A stretch of 64,000 nt of DNA, from contig OZ244732.1 of the NCBI GenBank assembly GCA_965219345.1, forward strand, positions 1,807,225-1,871,224, read 5' to 3'. Each line of letters starts with the position of its first letter. The stretch's first letter is position 1. Positions 37,740 to 46,809 of the stretch are shown piece by piece. The notes beneath the pieces are model-generated. The model did no database searches, was not told where the DNA came from, and saw only the letters and a list, made by a program, of their open reading frames with translations. The position numbers and the translations under genes are program-made. This stretch comes from Nitrosopumilus sp. (GTDB lineage Archaea; Thermoproteota; Nitrososphaeria; Nitrososphaerales; Nitrosopumilaceae).

Positions 37740-38191
37740 TATTGTTCTAATACTTTGCCCAGTATTTCTGAGTTTACAGTAAAGTCCGGATATGTTATGT
37801 AGACGTACTTGAGAAGAACATTCAGTTCCTTTTTGCCATATGTTTCTTTGACATCAGATATACGTTTTATCATATCTGCACTAACTCTTTCAAATGTTTT
37901 CTTCTCAAGAAATCTCACTCCTTTGTCTGTGATCTCATATTTTTTTTGATCTCCTTCCTTTACCATTCCAACTGATTTTAAAAAATCCAACTCGTCATAA
38001 ATTTCCATTGACAGAGGGCCGAATCTATCGGGCCCAAAATCAAACTTTATTTCTACATTCTCGGATTTATCCAAAACTTTTTTCTGTGTTAAAAAAACTA
38101 ATTTTTCAAATCTAGTTATCCCCTCAATCGGATATCTGTTGTCCCCATTAAGCAAAAGAAGAATTAAATCTGATTTTTTCATAGATGCCAT
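37739..38191 (-). CDS. Panacea/SocA/YwgA-like wHTH antitoxin-type protein
   Basis: GITRFEKLVFL, FDFGPDRFGPLSMEIYDEL, YEITDKG, LLKYVYITYP. Confidence 0.7.
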   Translation of the reverse strand: MASMKKSDLILLLLNGDNRYPIEGITRFEKLVFLTQKKVLDKSENVEIKFDFGPDRFGPLSMEIYDELDFLKSVGMVKEGDQKKYEITDKGVRFLEKKTFERVSADMIKRISDVKETYGKKELNVLLKYVYITYPDFTVNSEILGKVLEQ

Positions 38192-38334
38192 GATTAATTC
38201 ATAGATATTATAGCGGGGAATAAATAATTATTGCTGCTTTTTTTGATGGCAACTGCTTAATTCCTAGTCTGTTGCACAACCTCCACACCCATGGCTTGGT
38301 GACACCTTACAGTGCAGGTTCACGCCGTGCTACA

Positions 38335-39389
38335 TCAGGCCCATCCTCCCTTTGACGTAATCATGTTGTACGTGGCGACCTTGAGCATGATCTCGTGGAT
38401 CATGTTCTCCCGCTTTGCTGCCATCACATACTCGCCAAATATCCTCTTAAAGGCAGAAAACACGATCTCCACTATCCAGCGCCTTCCGTATCTCACCCTA
38501 CTCTTCCACTTTTTCTGGTTCTCCTCTTTCTGTTTGCTTGTAAGCGTTCCCACGGGCTGACAGGCGACCCTCCAAGCTGATCCCGCACTGCCAGCCCCCA
38601 CGCATCGCCGGATCCCTTGCCGCGTGCAGTGGAGTTGATCCCAAGCCGGATGAGTGGCGTGATGCCGCGGTTCTTACACTCCTTGTGGATATTTCGTGAT
38701 GCATATGCACCGTCCCCCAGGATCGAGATGCCTTTGGGGACGGCGGCCGCCTCGGCATCTGCACCTTTGGCTGCATCCTGTTGTCCTGATCCTGCCGTAC
38801 CAAGCTCCGCCTGGTTCAGCTTGCTGTTGTTGCTGTGTCCTGATCCTGCCGTACTAAGCGCCTGGTTCAGCAGGGGGACAAACGTCTTGGAATCCCCCAC
38901 AGAGCCGTCTGTGATCTTCAGCGAGAGGATCAGCCCCGTGTCGGTGTCTGCCAGCGCGTGCATCTTGATAAACCCGCGCCTGACCTTCCACTTTTTATTT
39001 ATCCACTCCCTCCTGTTGGCCACCTTGATGCCTGTTGTATCGACTGCATAGAACATATGCCTGGTGCCGTCCCTTGCAGTAACGGCAACCATGCTGCCCA
39101 TGACCTGGACGCTGAGATCACGAATTCTCCTGAACATGGTGGCGTGATCCGGTATTGGAACGCCGGGCATCATCTCTGATACCATGCCCCGCAGCTGCCT
39201 GTAGGGTATCTGCGCCATGGATCTTATGATGGCAATTGATACAAACAGGGACTCTGCGTATAGGAACGGCGCCCCGTTCTTGCGGCAGTTTGCAGATTTC
39301 AGCTCTTGCTCCCACCCTGGATCCTGGTGCATGGCAAGCATCCTACCACGCTCCACGTACTTTGCGTTGTCTGTAGATGCCACTGTGTA
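38335..39389 (-). pseudogene. IS5-family transposase, frameshifted near 38550, N-terminus displaced to 45063-45116
   Basis: PDHATMFRR, AVDTTGIKV, GFIKMH, LGDGAY, RWIVEIVFSAFKR. Confidence 0.88.
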
Positions 39390-39466
39390 TACTGACGAGC
39401 AAAAGTTCATGAGATCAAACATGTTAGACGGCAACACATTTTGATCACGTCCCACTACGCATTACA

Positions 39467-39977
39467 ATGCCCGCAGTAAAATCCAAAGACCTGAAGAAGG
39501 CGTACAAGAAGGAAAGGGATCCCAGGGTCAAGATCAGGATGGCCGCAGTAAACATGGTGTACATGAACGGCAGAAGCGTTCGGGAGGCTGCAGACGACCT
39601 GATGCAGTGCCCCAACTAGGTCTCCTTCTGGGTGGAACGCTTCCGGGAGGACGGCATCGACACCCTCCGGGATCTTCCCAGGAGCGGCAGGCCACCGAAG
39701 GTCAGGCTCGAAGACATTGAAGAGACAATATCCGGGGCAGGCAACATCATTACTCCCCCGCAGCTGAGGGAACGTGTCCGCAAGATGCACGGCATAACAT
39801 ACCACATCACAAGCGCCAGGAGGATAATGCGCAGGCTGGACATGTCTGCCAAGACGCAAGGCGCGTCCACATAAACAGGGCAGGGACAGACGAGATCAGA
39901 AGGTGGCAGCACAACGCAAAGAGGCGCGCATATCGCGCCTGGAATCGAGGGGTTTTGCCGTCGTAGTCTTTGACGAG
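39467..39977 (+). pseudogene. IS630 transposase, 5' part (in-frame TAG at ~39617)
   Basis: ERFREDGIDTLRDLPRSGRPPK HTH region; ends at the first catalytic DE. Confidence 0.85.
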
Positions 39978-40080
39978 GATTCTGTAACGTTATCGTTACC
40001 TGAAATACGGATCTTCTCCAGATTGAAAAATTTACATGAAAATTACAAGTTCTAAAACAAAGATTCCTAAAATGATGATA

Positions 40081-41205
40081 TTATTGGTATTGGCTCAAAG
40101 AGGCATTTTGAATGATAGTCTTCCATTTGTTAGAGCCATCTACAAGAATACCCGCACATTCAGCTGGTGTTTTCTTGTCAATCCCGCCATGTTTCTTCGA
40201 GAAATTATAGAATGTCTGGAATCCTACAAATAACGGACTAGACATTTTTTTGATTCCCCTGTATGCAACTTCACGGTCTCTAATTGTTCCATTCAATCTT
40301 TCCATTCTATTGTTATTTTTGTCGCCTTTCATGTGGATATGGCGGATATGTTCAGTTTCTTTCCACAAAAAGTTTTTTGCCTTGTAATTGTCCTTCCAAG
40401 CCTCATGAAAGTTAGCTGCACCATCAGAGATTAATGTAGTTGGTATCTTATCTGCAATCATCATGGCTTCTCTGAACATAGGTCTTACATTTTCCGTACC
40501 CTTTGTGTTTGCCACATACTGGGTAATCATAAATCTGGTCTCATGATCTAGCATTGAATATTGTAATTTTTGAACACCGCTAATTTTCATAAAGATTTCA
40601 TCTGTTCTCCAAGTTTCAGAAACTCTTGGTACAATCCCCTTTACGTAATTACTGGTCATTTTGGAATATTTTTCAATCCATCTGTATATTGTCATGTGAG
40701 ATACCTTGATGTCTTCCTGCTCAAAACAGTCTGCAATATCCCTGACTGACATTCCTGAAAAATACATCTGCAAGGCTCTAGTGATAAGAACATCTTTTGA
40801 TCTCATTTTCTCAAAGCCAAGATTCAAAGTAAATATTTTATTGCAATCTTTGCATCTGTACTGCTGGACATCTCCTTTCTTGTTTTTTCTAATTCCTTTT
40901 TTGATTAATCTGCCAGAATCACAGAACTTGCAAACTTTGATTAATGATCTTTCAATTATACGGAATGGTTGTTTTTCTCCATTATTGTTTCTGATTAAAT
41001 CCAAAACTATCTTGATATGCTTGCAGTCTGATTTTCTTGTGGTATGATCTGAACAATCACATACCAACCCACTGTCAGTCTTGAATACGATATAATGAAT
41101 CTGTGGAATACTTTGTGATCTTACGCTAAATTTTTCAGAACTTAACTGCACTGCACAGTTTGGTAATTCCATCATCTGTGCTACTCTTTGTGTTCTTGCG
41201 TTCAT
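40081..41205 (-). CDS. IS6/IS240-like DDE transposase with N-terminal SWIM and zinc-ribbon domains
   Basis: CDC..CKH (SWIM), CKFC..YRCKDC, VSHMTIYRW, WRTDE, LISDG, NNRMERLNGT. Confidence 0.88.
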   Translation of the reverse strand: MNARTQRVAQMMELPNCAVQLSSEKFSVRSQSIPQIHYIVFKTDSGLVCDCSDHTTRKSDCKHIKIVLDLIRNNNGEKQPFRIIERSLIKVCKFCDSGRLIKKGIRKNKKGDVQQYRCKDCNKIFTLNLGFEKMRSKDVLITRALQMYFSGMSVRDIADCFEQEDIKVSHMTIYRWIEKYSKMTSNYVKGIVPRVSETWRTDEIFMKISGVQKLQYSMLDHETRFMITQYVANTKGTENVRPMFREAMMIADKIPTTLISDGAANFHEAWKDNYKAKNFLWKETEHIRHIHMKGDKNNNRMERLNGTIRDREVAYRGIKKMSSPLFVGFQTFYNFSKKHGGIDKKTPAECAGILVDGSNKWKTIIQNASLSQYQ

Positions 41206-41291
41206 ATCAATATAATATTGATAACATAATATAACTATTATCAATAGAATATGGATAACAAACTAATAAATAACAATAAAAAATTGATACT

Positions 41292-41498
41292 GTGATGGGG
41301 TCGCAGGTTATACGTAGAGTTCGTAATAAAGAGTATCTTTACTATGTTTATTATGATGATAAAGAGAGAAAAGAGTTCTATTGTGGAGTTGTAGGAGATT
41401 CCAAGGCAGAACAGAAAGCAAGAGAAAGTGAGATTAAGGAATTACAGTTACAAAAAGAACGAATTATTGTTAAAATTAAAGAATTGAAAAGTAAATAA
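41292..41498 (+). CDS. small putative DNA-binding protein (beta-sheet + coiled coil), divergent from transposase
   Basis: RVRNKEYLYYVYY...EFYCG followed by a heptad-like tail. Confidence 0.6.
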   Translation: MMGSQVIRRVRNKEYLYYVYYDDKERKEFYCGVVGDSKAEQKARESEIKELQLQKERIIVKIKELKSK

Positions 41499-41581
41499 AC
41501 TTGGATAGTGACTGTTCATAAAAAAATGATGAGTATGAATTATATTACTGTGAATCCATTTCAGTGTTTTGTAGATATAGT

Positions 41582-41717
41582 AGACTTTACAAAGACTTTA
41601 CAAAGACTTTACAAAGACTTTACAAAGACTTTACAAAGACTTTACAAAGACTTTACAAAGACTTTACAAAGACTTTACAAAGACTTTACAAAGACTTTAC
41701 AAAGACTTTACAAAGAC
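41582..41717. repeat. perfect tandem repeat (AGACTTTACAA) x12 plus 4 bp
   Basis: Counted directly from the sequence. Confidence 0.97.
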
Positions 41718-41749
41718 GATAGCTATCAACATCATAAAGGTGCTACCAT

Positions 41750-44470
41750 TTGGTAGCACCAGAAGCACTATCTCAAGATGAGATTAATGTAAATGCTATT
41801 GAATTTTCTAAAAGGTGGAAGGATGAAAAAAATGAAAAATCAGAGGCACAGACATTCATAAACGACTTCTTTCAAGTTTTTGGTTTAGATAGAAAGTCAG
41901 TTGCAAAGCTAGAAGCACACCCTGATGGCTCTGGCGGTTTTATGGACTGTTTTTGGCAAGGCAAGTTTATGATCGAGATGAAAAGTCTTGGAGAAAACCT
42001 TGACAAGGCAATGGATCAGGCTCTTGATTACTATCTACAACTGAAAAAAGATCAAGAACCGAGATACATCCTCGTATGTGATTTCGAGCATTGGTATTTA
42101 CGGGATAAAAAAGAAAATACAGACCATTTCTTTATACTGCCTGAGCTAGTCGAAAATATCGGACTGTTTGGATTCATGACAAACAGATCCAAGCTGATAC
42201 GTGCAGATCCTGTAAACTTGTATGCCTCAGAAATTTTAGGCAAAATCTTTGACATGCTAAAAGCATCAGGCTATGGCACTCACCATGCGGAGTATTTTTT
42301 GACAAGATTGGTATTTTGTCTGTTTGCAGACGATACTGGCATATTTGGAGATCGTGGAAAGTTTCAATCATACATTAAAAATTCCACCCAAGAGGATGGG
42401 TCTGATCTGGGCAGGTATCTGGCATACTTATTCGGCGTATTAAATCAAGAAAGAGAATCACGCTCAAAAACAATGGACCCTAAAACTAGGTCTTTTCCCT
42501 ACATCAATGGTGCATTATTTGAAAAACCAATCGAATTTCCAGACTTTAGTGCCAAGATGAGAGAGTTGCTAATCCATGCGGGGGCATATGACTGGTCCAA
42601 AGTGTCCCCTGCAATCTTTGGCAACATGTTTCAGACGGTCATGAACCAGGATGCCCGTCGTGAGATGGGTGCACATTATACATCAGAGGAAAACATTCTC
42701 AAGGTGATTAGACCACTGTTCCTGGACAAGCTAAATGATGAATATGATGAAATAAACAAAATATCAGATGACACCAAAAAAGACAGGTTCGTAGAGTTTC
42801 AAAACAAGCTAGCCAGCCTAAAGTTTTTAGATCCTGCATGTGGCTCTGGAAATTTTTTAGTTGTTGCATACCGTGAAATTAGAAGACTGGAACACCGTGT
42901 CATAATGAAGATATATGGATATGATGGAAAAAGAACAGACACAGACCAACTATCAAAGGTTGATGTAGACCAGTTTTATGGCATTGAAATTATAGAGTTC
43001 TCATCACGCATTGCAGAGACCTCACTTTGGATGATGGATCATATCATGAATGTCGAATTATCCAACAGATATGGATATAGATTCAGACGTATCCCAATCA
43101 ACAAGAAACCAACCATCGTATACAGGGATGCGTTGGAGTTTGACTGGAACGAACTACTTCCAAGCTCAGAATGTTCATACATCTTGGGAAATCCGCCGTA
43201 TGGTGGTTCGAAGATTATGAAGCGTGAGCAGAGGGAGCAGATCAAAAAAAATGCATGCATTGGAAAAACTGGTGGCACACTGGATTATGTTACTGGTTGG
43301 TTCTTCAAGGCGGTTAGATACATCAAAGGCAGTACTATCATAGGATTTGTGGCCACAAACAGCATATCACAGGGGGAGCAGGTAGGTCAGTTATGGCCAG
43401 CTTTGACCAAGGAGATAGAAATCATATTTGCACACGAGTCATTCAAATGGGGATCAGAAGCAAAGGGAAAGGCAAATGTTCACGTAATAATATTAGGATT
43501 AGTAAAAAAAACAAAAGCCGACGGGCTTACTAAGAGATTATTTTATTATGAAAACGGAGAAGTTTTCGAGAGTAATCCCAAGTACATATCACCATATGTG
43601 TGTAGTACAGAAAAGCTGGATATTATAGTGCATAAATCACCAAAATCATTAAACAATTTGCCTGAGATGATAATGGGTTCCAAACCTATTGATGATGGCA
43701 ACTACATATTCAAACAAGAAGAAGGAGAAGAATTTTTGAAAAAGGAGCCAAACGCAAAGAAATTCATGAAGGAATACATCAGTGCCAAAGATTTCATACA
43801 CGGTAAAAAAAGATGGATTCTGGCACTACATGAAATAGAGCCGTCTGAATTAAAGAATCTACCTGAAATAAAAAAACGTGTGAGGATGGTAAAGGAATTT
43901 AGATTAAAAAGCAAGGATGGTGGGACAAGACAACTTGCAGATACCCCAACAATATATCATCTTAATGTAATTCCCAAAAAACGGTTTTTGGTAATACCCC
44001 GTGTAAGCTCAGAAGAACGAGACTATATTCCTATTGGATACATAACACCACCTGCAATACCTAGTGATGCTACAATGATTATCCAAAATGCCGGTCTTGG
44101 ATTATTTGGACTACTAACATCAAAAATGCACATGGTGTGGTTAAAATCAATCGGTGGCAAATTGGAAACTAGATTAAGATATTCATCAGGAGTGGTATAC
44201 AACACGTTTCCCGTTCCAGATGCTGACATAAAGGTATTGAGAGAATTTGCACAGGAAATACTTGATGCCCGTAAGAATCATTCTGATTCAACTTTGGCCG
44301 ACCTTTATAATCCAGACACAATGCCAGTTGATCTGACAAAGGCACACCAAAAGTTGGACAATGAGGTAGAAAAACTGTACCGAAAAGAACCATTCAGATC
44401 AGATGATGAAAGGCTGGAGTTTCTCTTGAATGAATACCAAAAAATGACATCAAAACAAACTACTCTCTAA
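41750..44470 (+). CDS. MmeI-like type IIL restriction-modification enzyme (REase + m6A MTase + TRD)
   Basis: FMDCFW..IEMKS nuclease motif, GAHYTS, FLDPACGSGNFL, GNPPY, IPRVSSE, RYS..VYNTFP. Confidence 0.9.
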   Translation: MVAPEALSQDEINVNAIEFSKRWKDEKNEKSEAQTFINDFFQVFGLDRKSVAKLEAHPDGSGGFMDCFWQGKFMIEMKSLGENLDKAMDQALDYYLQLKKDQEPRYILVCDFEHWYLRDKKENTDHFFILPELVENIGLFGFMTNRSKLIRADPVNLYASEILGKIFDMLKASGYGTHHAEYFLTRLVFCLFADDTGIFGDRGKFQSYIKNSTQEDGSDLGRYLAYLFGVLNQERESRSKTMDPKTRSFPYINGALFEKPIEFPDFSAKMRELLIHAGAYDWSKVSPAIFGNMFQTVMNQDARREMGAHYTSEENILKVIRPLFLDKLNDEYDEINKISDDTKKDRFVEFQNKLASLKFLDPACGSGNFLVVAYREIRRLEHRVIMKIYGYDGKRTDTDQLSKVDVDQFYGIEIIEFSSRIAETSLWMMDHIMNVELSNRYGYRFRRIPINKKPTIVYRDALEFDWNELLPSSECSYILGNPPYGGSKIMKREQREQIKKNACIGKTGGTLDYVTGWFFKAVRYIKGSTIIGFVATNSISQGEQVGQLWPALTKEIEIIFAHESFKWGSEAKGKANVHVIILGLVKKTKADGLTKRLFYYENGEVFESNPKYISPYVCSTEKLDIIVHKSPKSLNNLPEMIMGSKPIDDGNYIFKQEEGEEFLKKEPNAKKFMKEYISAKDFIHGKKRWILALHEIEPSELKNLPEIKKRVRMVKEFRLKSKDGGTRQLADTPTIYHLNVIPKKRFLVIPRVSSEERDYIPIGYITPPAIPSDATMIIQNAGLGLFGLLTSKMHMVWLKSIGGKLETRLRYSSGVVYNTFPVPDADIKVLREFAQEILDARKNHSDSTLADLYNPDTMPVDLTKAHQKLDNEVEKLYRKEPFRSDDERLEFLLNEYQKMTSKQTTL

Positions 44471-44547
44471 TGGGGCATCTATCAGGCATTAACCGTTCTG
44501 AATCAGGAGAAGATCCATATTTCAGGTAACGATAACGTTACAGAATC

Positions 44548-45051
44548 TTGACGAGTCTATATTTATAGACGACCCGGCATCGGGGACAGTACTGGTCGCC
44601 AAAAGGCCAACCCATAGTCACCACATACAAGGGCCGGCACGGCAGGGTCGTGGCGTACGGTTCCATCGCGACTGACGGCAGGCAGTCCATCAGGACGTAC
44701 GAAAAATTTGACAAGGAGACGGTGCTACGGTACCTGAAGGAGCTTGTAGGACATTTCGGAAAGGTTGCCATAATAATGGACAACGCGCCGCAGCACAAGG
44801 CAAAGACGGTGAGCGAGTTCCCAAAGGCCAACAAGAACGTCAAGGCAGTATGGCTTCCAACCGCAACACCGGAGCTCAGCGTCATGGAGGAGTACTGGCA
44901 CCAGTCAAAGCGCGACGTGCTGGTGTCAGAGTATTATGGAACAATAGGGCAGATGCGCCGCGCAATGTCAGAGTATTTCAGGACGGCGCGGCCGTGGCTT
45001 GACGCAATGAAGTTCATCTGCAGAAAGTCATTTGATCTCAAGAACTTTTGA
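44548..45051 (+). pseudogene. IS630 transposase, 3' (DDE) part
   Basis: DES, IMDNAPQHK, LPTATPELSVMEEYW. Confidence 0.85.
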
Positions 45052-45170
45052 TCGACAGTATATGGTTGGCAGGTTACCTGATCCAAGTGTCTTTTGGCGC
45101 ACCAATGTTTGTCCAATGGTAAAAATTGTTGGCATCAGTCAGGTTTTAGGCGTGGTTGTGCAACAGACTA

Positions 45171-45293
45171 TAATTGTTGTAATTCTTTTAGAGCATGAGA
45201 GTTTCCTTTTAATTCTACTTGTAATTGTTGTATACGATCTAAACTAGATGATGGTTCTTTCTCTTCAATTGTCAGTATTTCATTTTTCACCAT
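45171..45293 (-). pseudogene. 5' fragment of a host gene truncated by IS5
   Basis: MVKNEILTIEEKEPSSSLDRIQQLQVELK... runs into the IS5 inverted repeat. Confidence 0.4.
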
Positions 45294-45385
45294 TTTTAGG
45301 CCTCATGGTAACACTTTGCTCTCAAAATATTTTGTTATAATATTACCCATCAAATTACGGTATGCCTTATTTGATACTCTAGATG

Positions 45386-45619
45386 CTAGCCACAATTTGG
45401 ACATTTCTTATTGAATATTTTGGAACCACATTCCATGCAAATTCCTTCTCCAACATCTTTTTCAATCGATTGTTTTCTCTTTCCCACATACACCTTAATT
45501 CCAAAATACATGATTACCACTATAAGAGCCGCATAAACAGGTGCCATAAATGGTGTCAAGCCAACCATAAAAAGCAAAAGTCCTACAATCAAAAGGATAT
45601 CTCGTCTTTCAAATTTCAT
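45386..45619 (-). CDS. small membrane protein with C-terminal zinc ribbon
   Basis: 2 TM + CMECG..CPNC. Confidence 0.75.
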   Translation of the reverse strand: MKFERRDILLIVGLLLFMVGLTPFMAPVYAALIVVIMYFGIKVYVGKRKQSIEKDVGEGICMECGSKIFNKKCPNCG

Positions 45620-45763
45620 TTAAATCAAGACAACATAGAATTAATAAAAACATGCCGGAGCTCAGAGCCAATTAGTTACTTCATTTCAAAGTCATTACTC
45701 TAACTCTTCTTCATTGCTCGGCAGTAGTATTGTGTAACAATTTGATAATAAGATAATGGTTTG

Positions 45764-45840
45764 TGGTGGGATCGGCGAGATTCGAACGCGCGACCTCTGC
45801 GTCCCAAACGCAGAATCATACCAAGCTAGACCACGATCCC
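45764..45840 (-). tRNA. tRNA-Pro(TGG), CCA encoded
   Basis: GGGATCG acceptor stem, anticodon arm CTGCG-TTTGGGA-CGCAG, TTCGAAT T-loop. Confidence 0.95.
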
Positions 45841-45912
45841 AGTAAATTCTAAAAGTTGCCCAATTTAAGCTTCACAGATAATCATTTTAAAGGCACTCAA
45901 AAGATCAAAAAT

Positions 45913-46809
45913 ATGCAAATCGAAGATTATATCAAAGCAGGAAAGATTGCTGCTGAAGTAAGAGAAATAGTCAGAGTGAAAGACTGGATTGGAAAAACAG
46001 TTTATGAAATTTGTGAAGAAGTTGAAGGGGAGATTAAAAAAAGAGGAGCGAAATGCGCGTTTCCAGTAAATACTAGTATTAATGAAGTTGCAGCTCACTA
46101 TACTGCCGAACCAAATGATCCGATTACAATCAAAGATACAGACTTGGTAAAAATTGATCTAGGTGCACAGATTAATGGCTACATTGCAGATACTGCCGTT
46201 ACTGTTTGTTATAATGCCCAATTTGATGGCTTGGTTCAAGCTGCTGAAGAAGCATTAGGTAATGCAATGTCTATGATAAAATCGGGAGTAAAGGTAAGTG
46301 ATATTGGACGTACTATTGAATCTACAATTAAACAGATGGGATTCAAACCAATTGCAAATCTTAGTGGACATTCATTAGAACAATATACAATACATGCTGG
46401 AAAATCTATTCCAAATATTTGGTCGATTGGGGGATTTTCGCTTTCTGAGAATTCTGCTTATGCATGTGAACCATTTGTAACAACAGACCAAGGTGGAGGA
46501 TTTGTCAGAAACGGACAAATAAAAAATATTTTTGCCATTAATTCACGAAAGAAAACAAAAGACTCTGAAGCAGATAGACTACTTGATTTTATTTGGGAAA
46601 ATTTTAACATGCTGCCATTTGCATTAAGATGGATCACGAAAGAATGGGAAGAAAAGAAAGCAAGGGAGTTACTAGGAATTTTGATTAAGAAAAAAGCAGT
46701 ACAAGCTTATCCTATTCTTATTGAAGTGAATGAGCAAAGAGTTGCTCAGGCTGAACACACATTCATTCCAATTGAAAATGGAGTGACTGTAACAACTATT
46801 GCTCCATAG
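45913..46809 (+). CDS. map: methionine aminopeptidase type II
   Basis: AAHYT, KIDLG..GYIADTA, NLSGH, EPF, AQAEHT. Confidence 0.95.
   Translation: MQIEDYIKAGKIAAEVREIVRVKDWIGKTVYEICEEVEGEIKKRGAKCAFPVNTSINEVAAHYTAEPNDPITIKDTDLVKIDLGAQINGYIADTAVTVCYNAQFDGLVQAAEEALGNAMSMIKSGVKVSDIGRTIESTIKQMGFKPIANLSGHSLEQYTIHAGKSIPNIWSIGGFSLSENSAYACEPFVTTDQGGGFVRNGQIKNIFAINSRKKTKDSEADRLLDFIWENFNMLPFALRWITKEWEEKKARELLGILIKKKAVQAYPILIEVNEQRVAQAEHTFIPIENGVTVTTIAP

Larger units (their letters stand above)
39978..44547. mobile_element. IS6-like cargo transposon (4570 bp) carrying an RM gene
   Basis: 47-bp IRs (GATTCTGTAACGTTATCGTTACCTGAAATAYGGATCTTCTCCWGATT, 2 mismatches); 8-bp TSD TTGACGAG at 39970-39977 and 44548-44555. 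Confidence 0.92.
39390..45060 (+). mobile_element. IS630-family element (TA target duplication), interrupted by IS6-like transposon
   Basis: 30-bp IRs TACTGACGAGCAAAAGTTCATGAGATCAAA / TACTGTCGATCAAAAGTTCTTGAGATCAAA; TA at 39388-39389 and 45061-45062. Confidence 0.9.
38265..45170 (-). mobile_element. IS5-family element interrupted by IS630
   Basis: Perfect 17-bp IR TAGTCTGTTGCACAACC (38265) / GGTTGTGCAACAGACTA (ends 45170); transposase halves rejoin in frame across the IS630. Confidence 0.85.

Noticed and set aside
38540-38600. Programmed frameshift in the IS5 transposase
   Set aside because: No clear slippery motif at the shift point, and the gene is already split by IS630; more likely decay.
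41508-41756. 82-aa ORF with repeated KDFTKTLQRLY
   Set aside because: This is a by-product of the 11-bp DNA repeat, which has no + strand stop codons; fusion to the RM gene is blocked by TAA at 41735.
45764-45840. tRNA-Pro as the integration (att) site of the island
   Set aside because: I saw no duplicated tRNA 3' end and no tyrosine integrase in the window, and a host-like gene separates the tRNA from the island.
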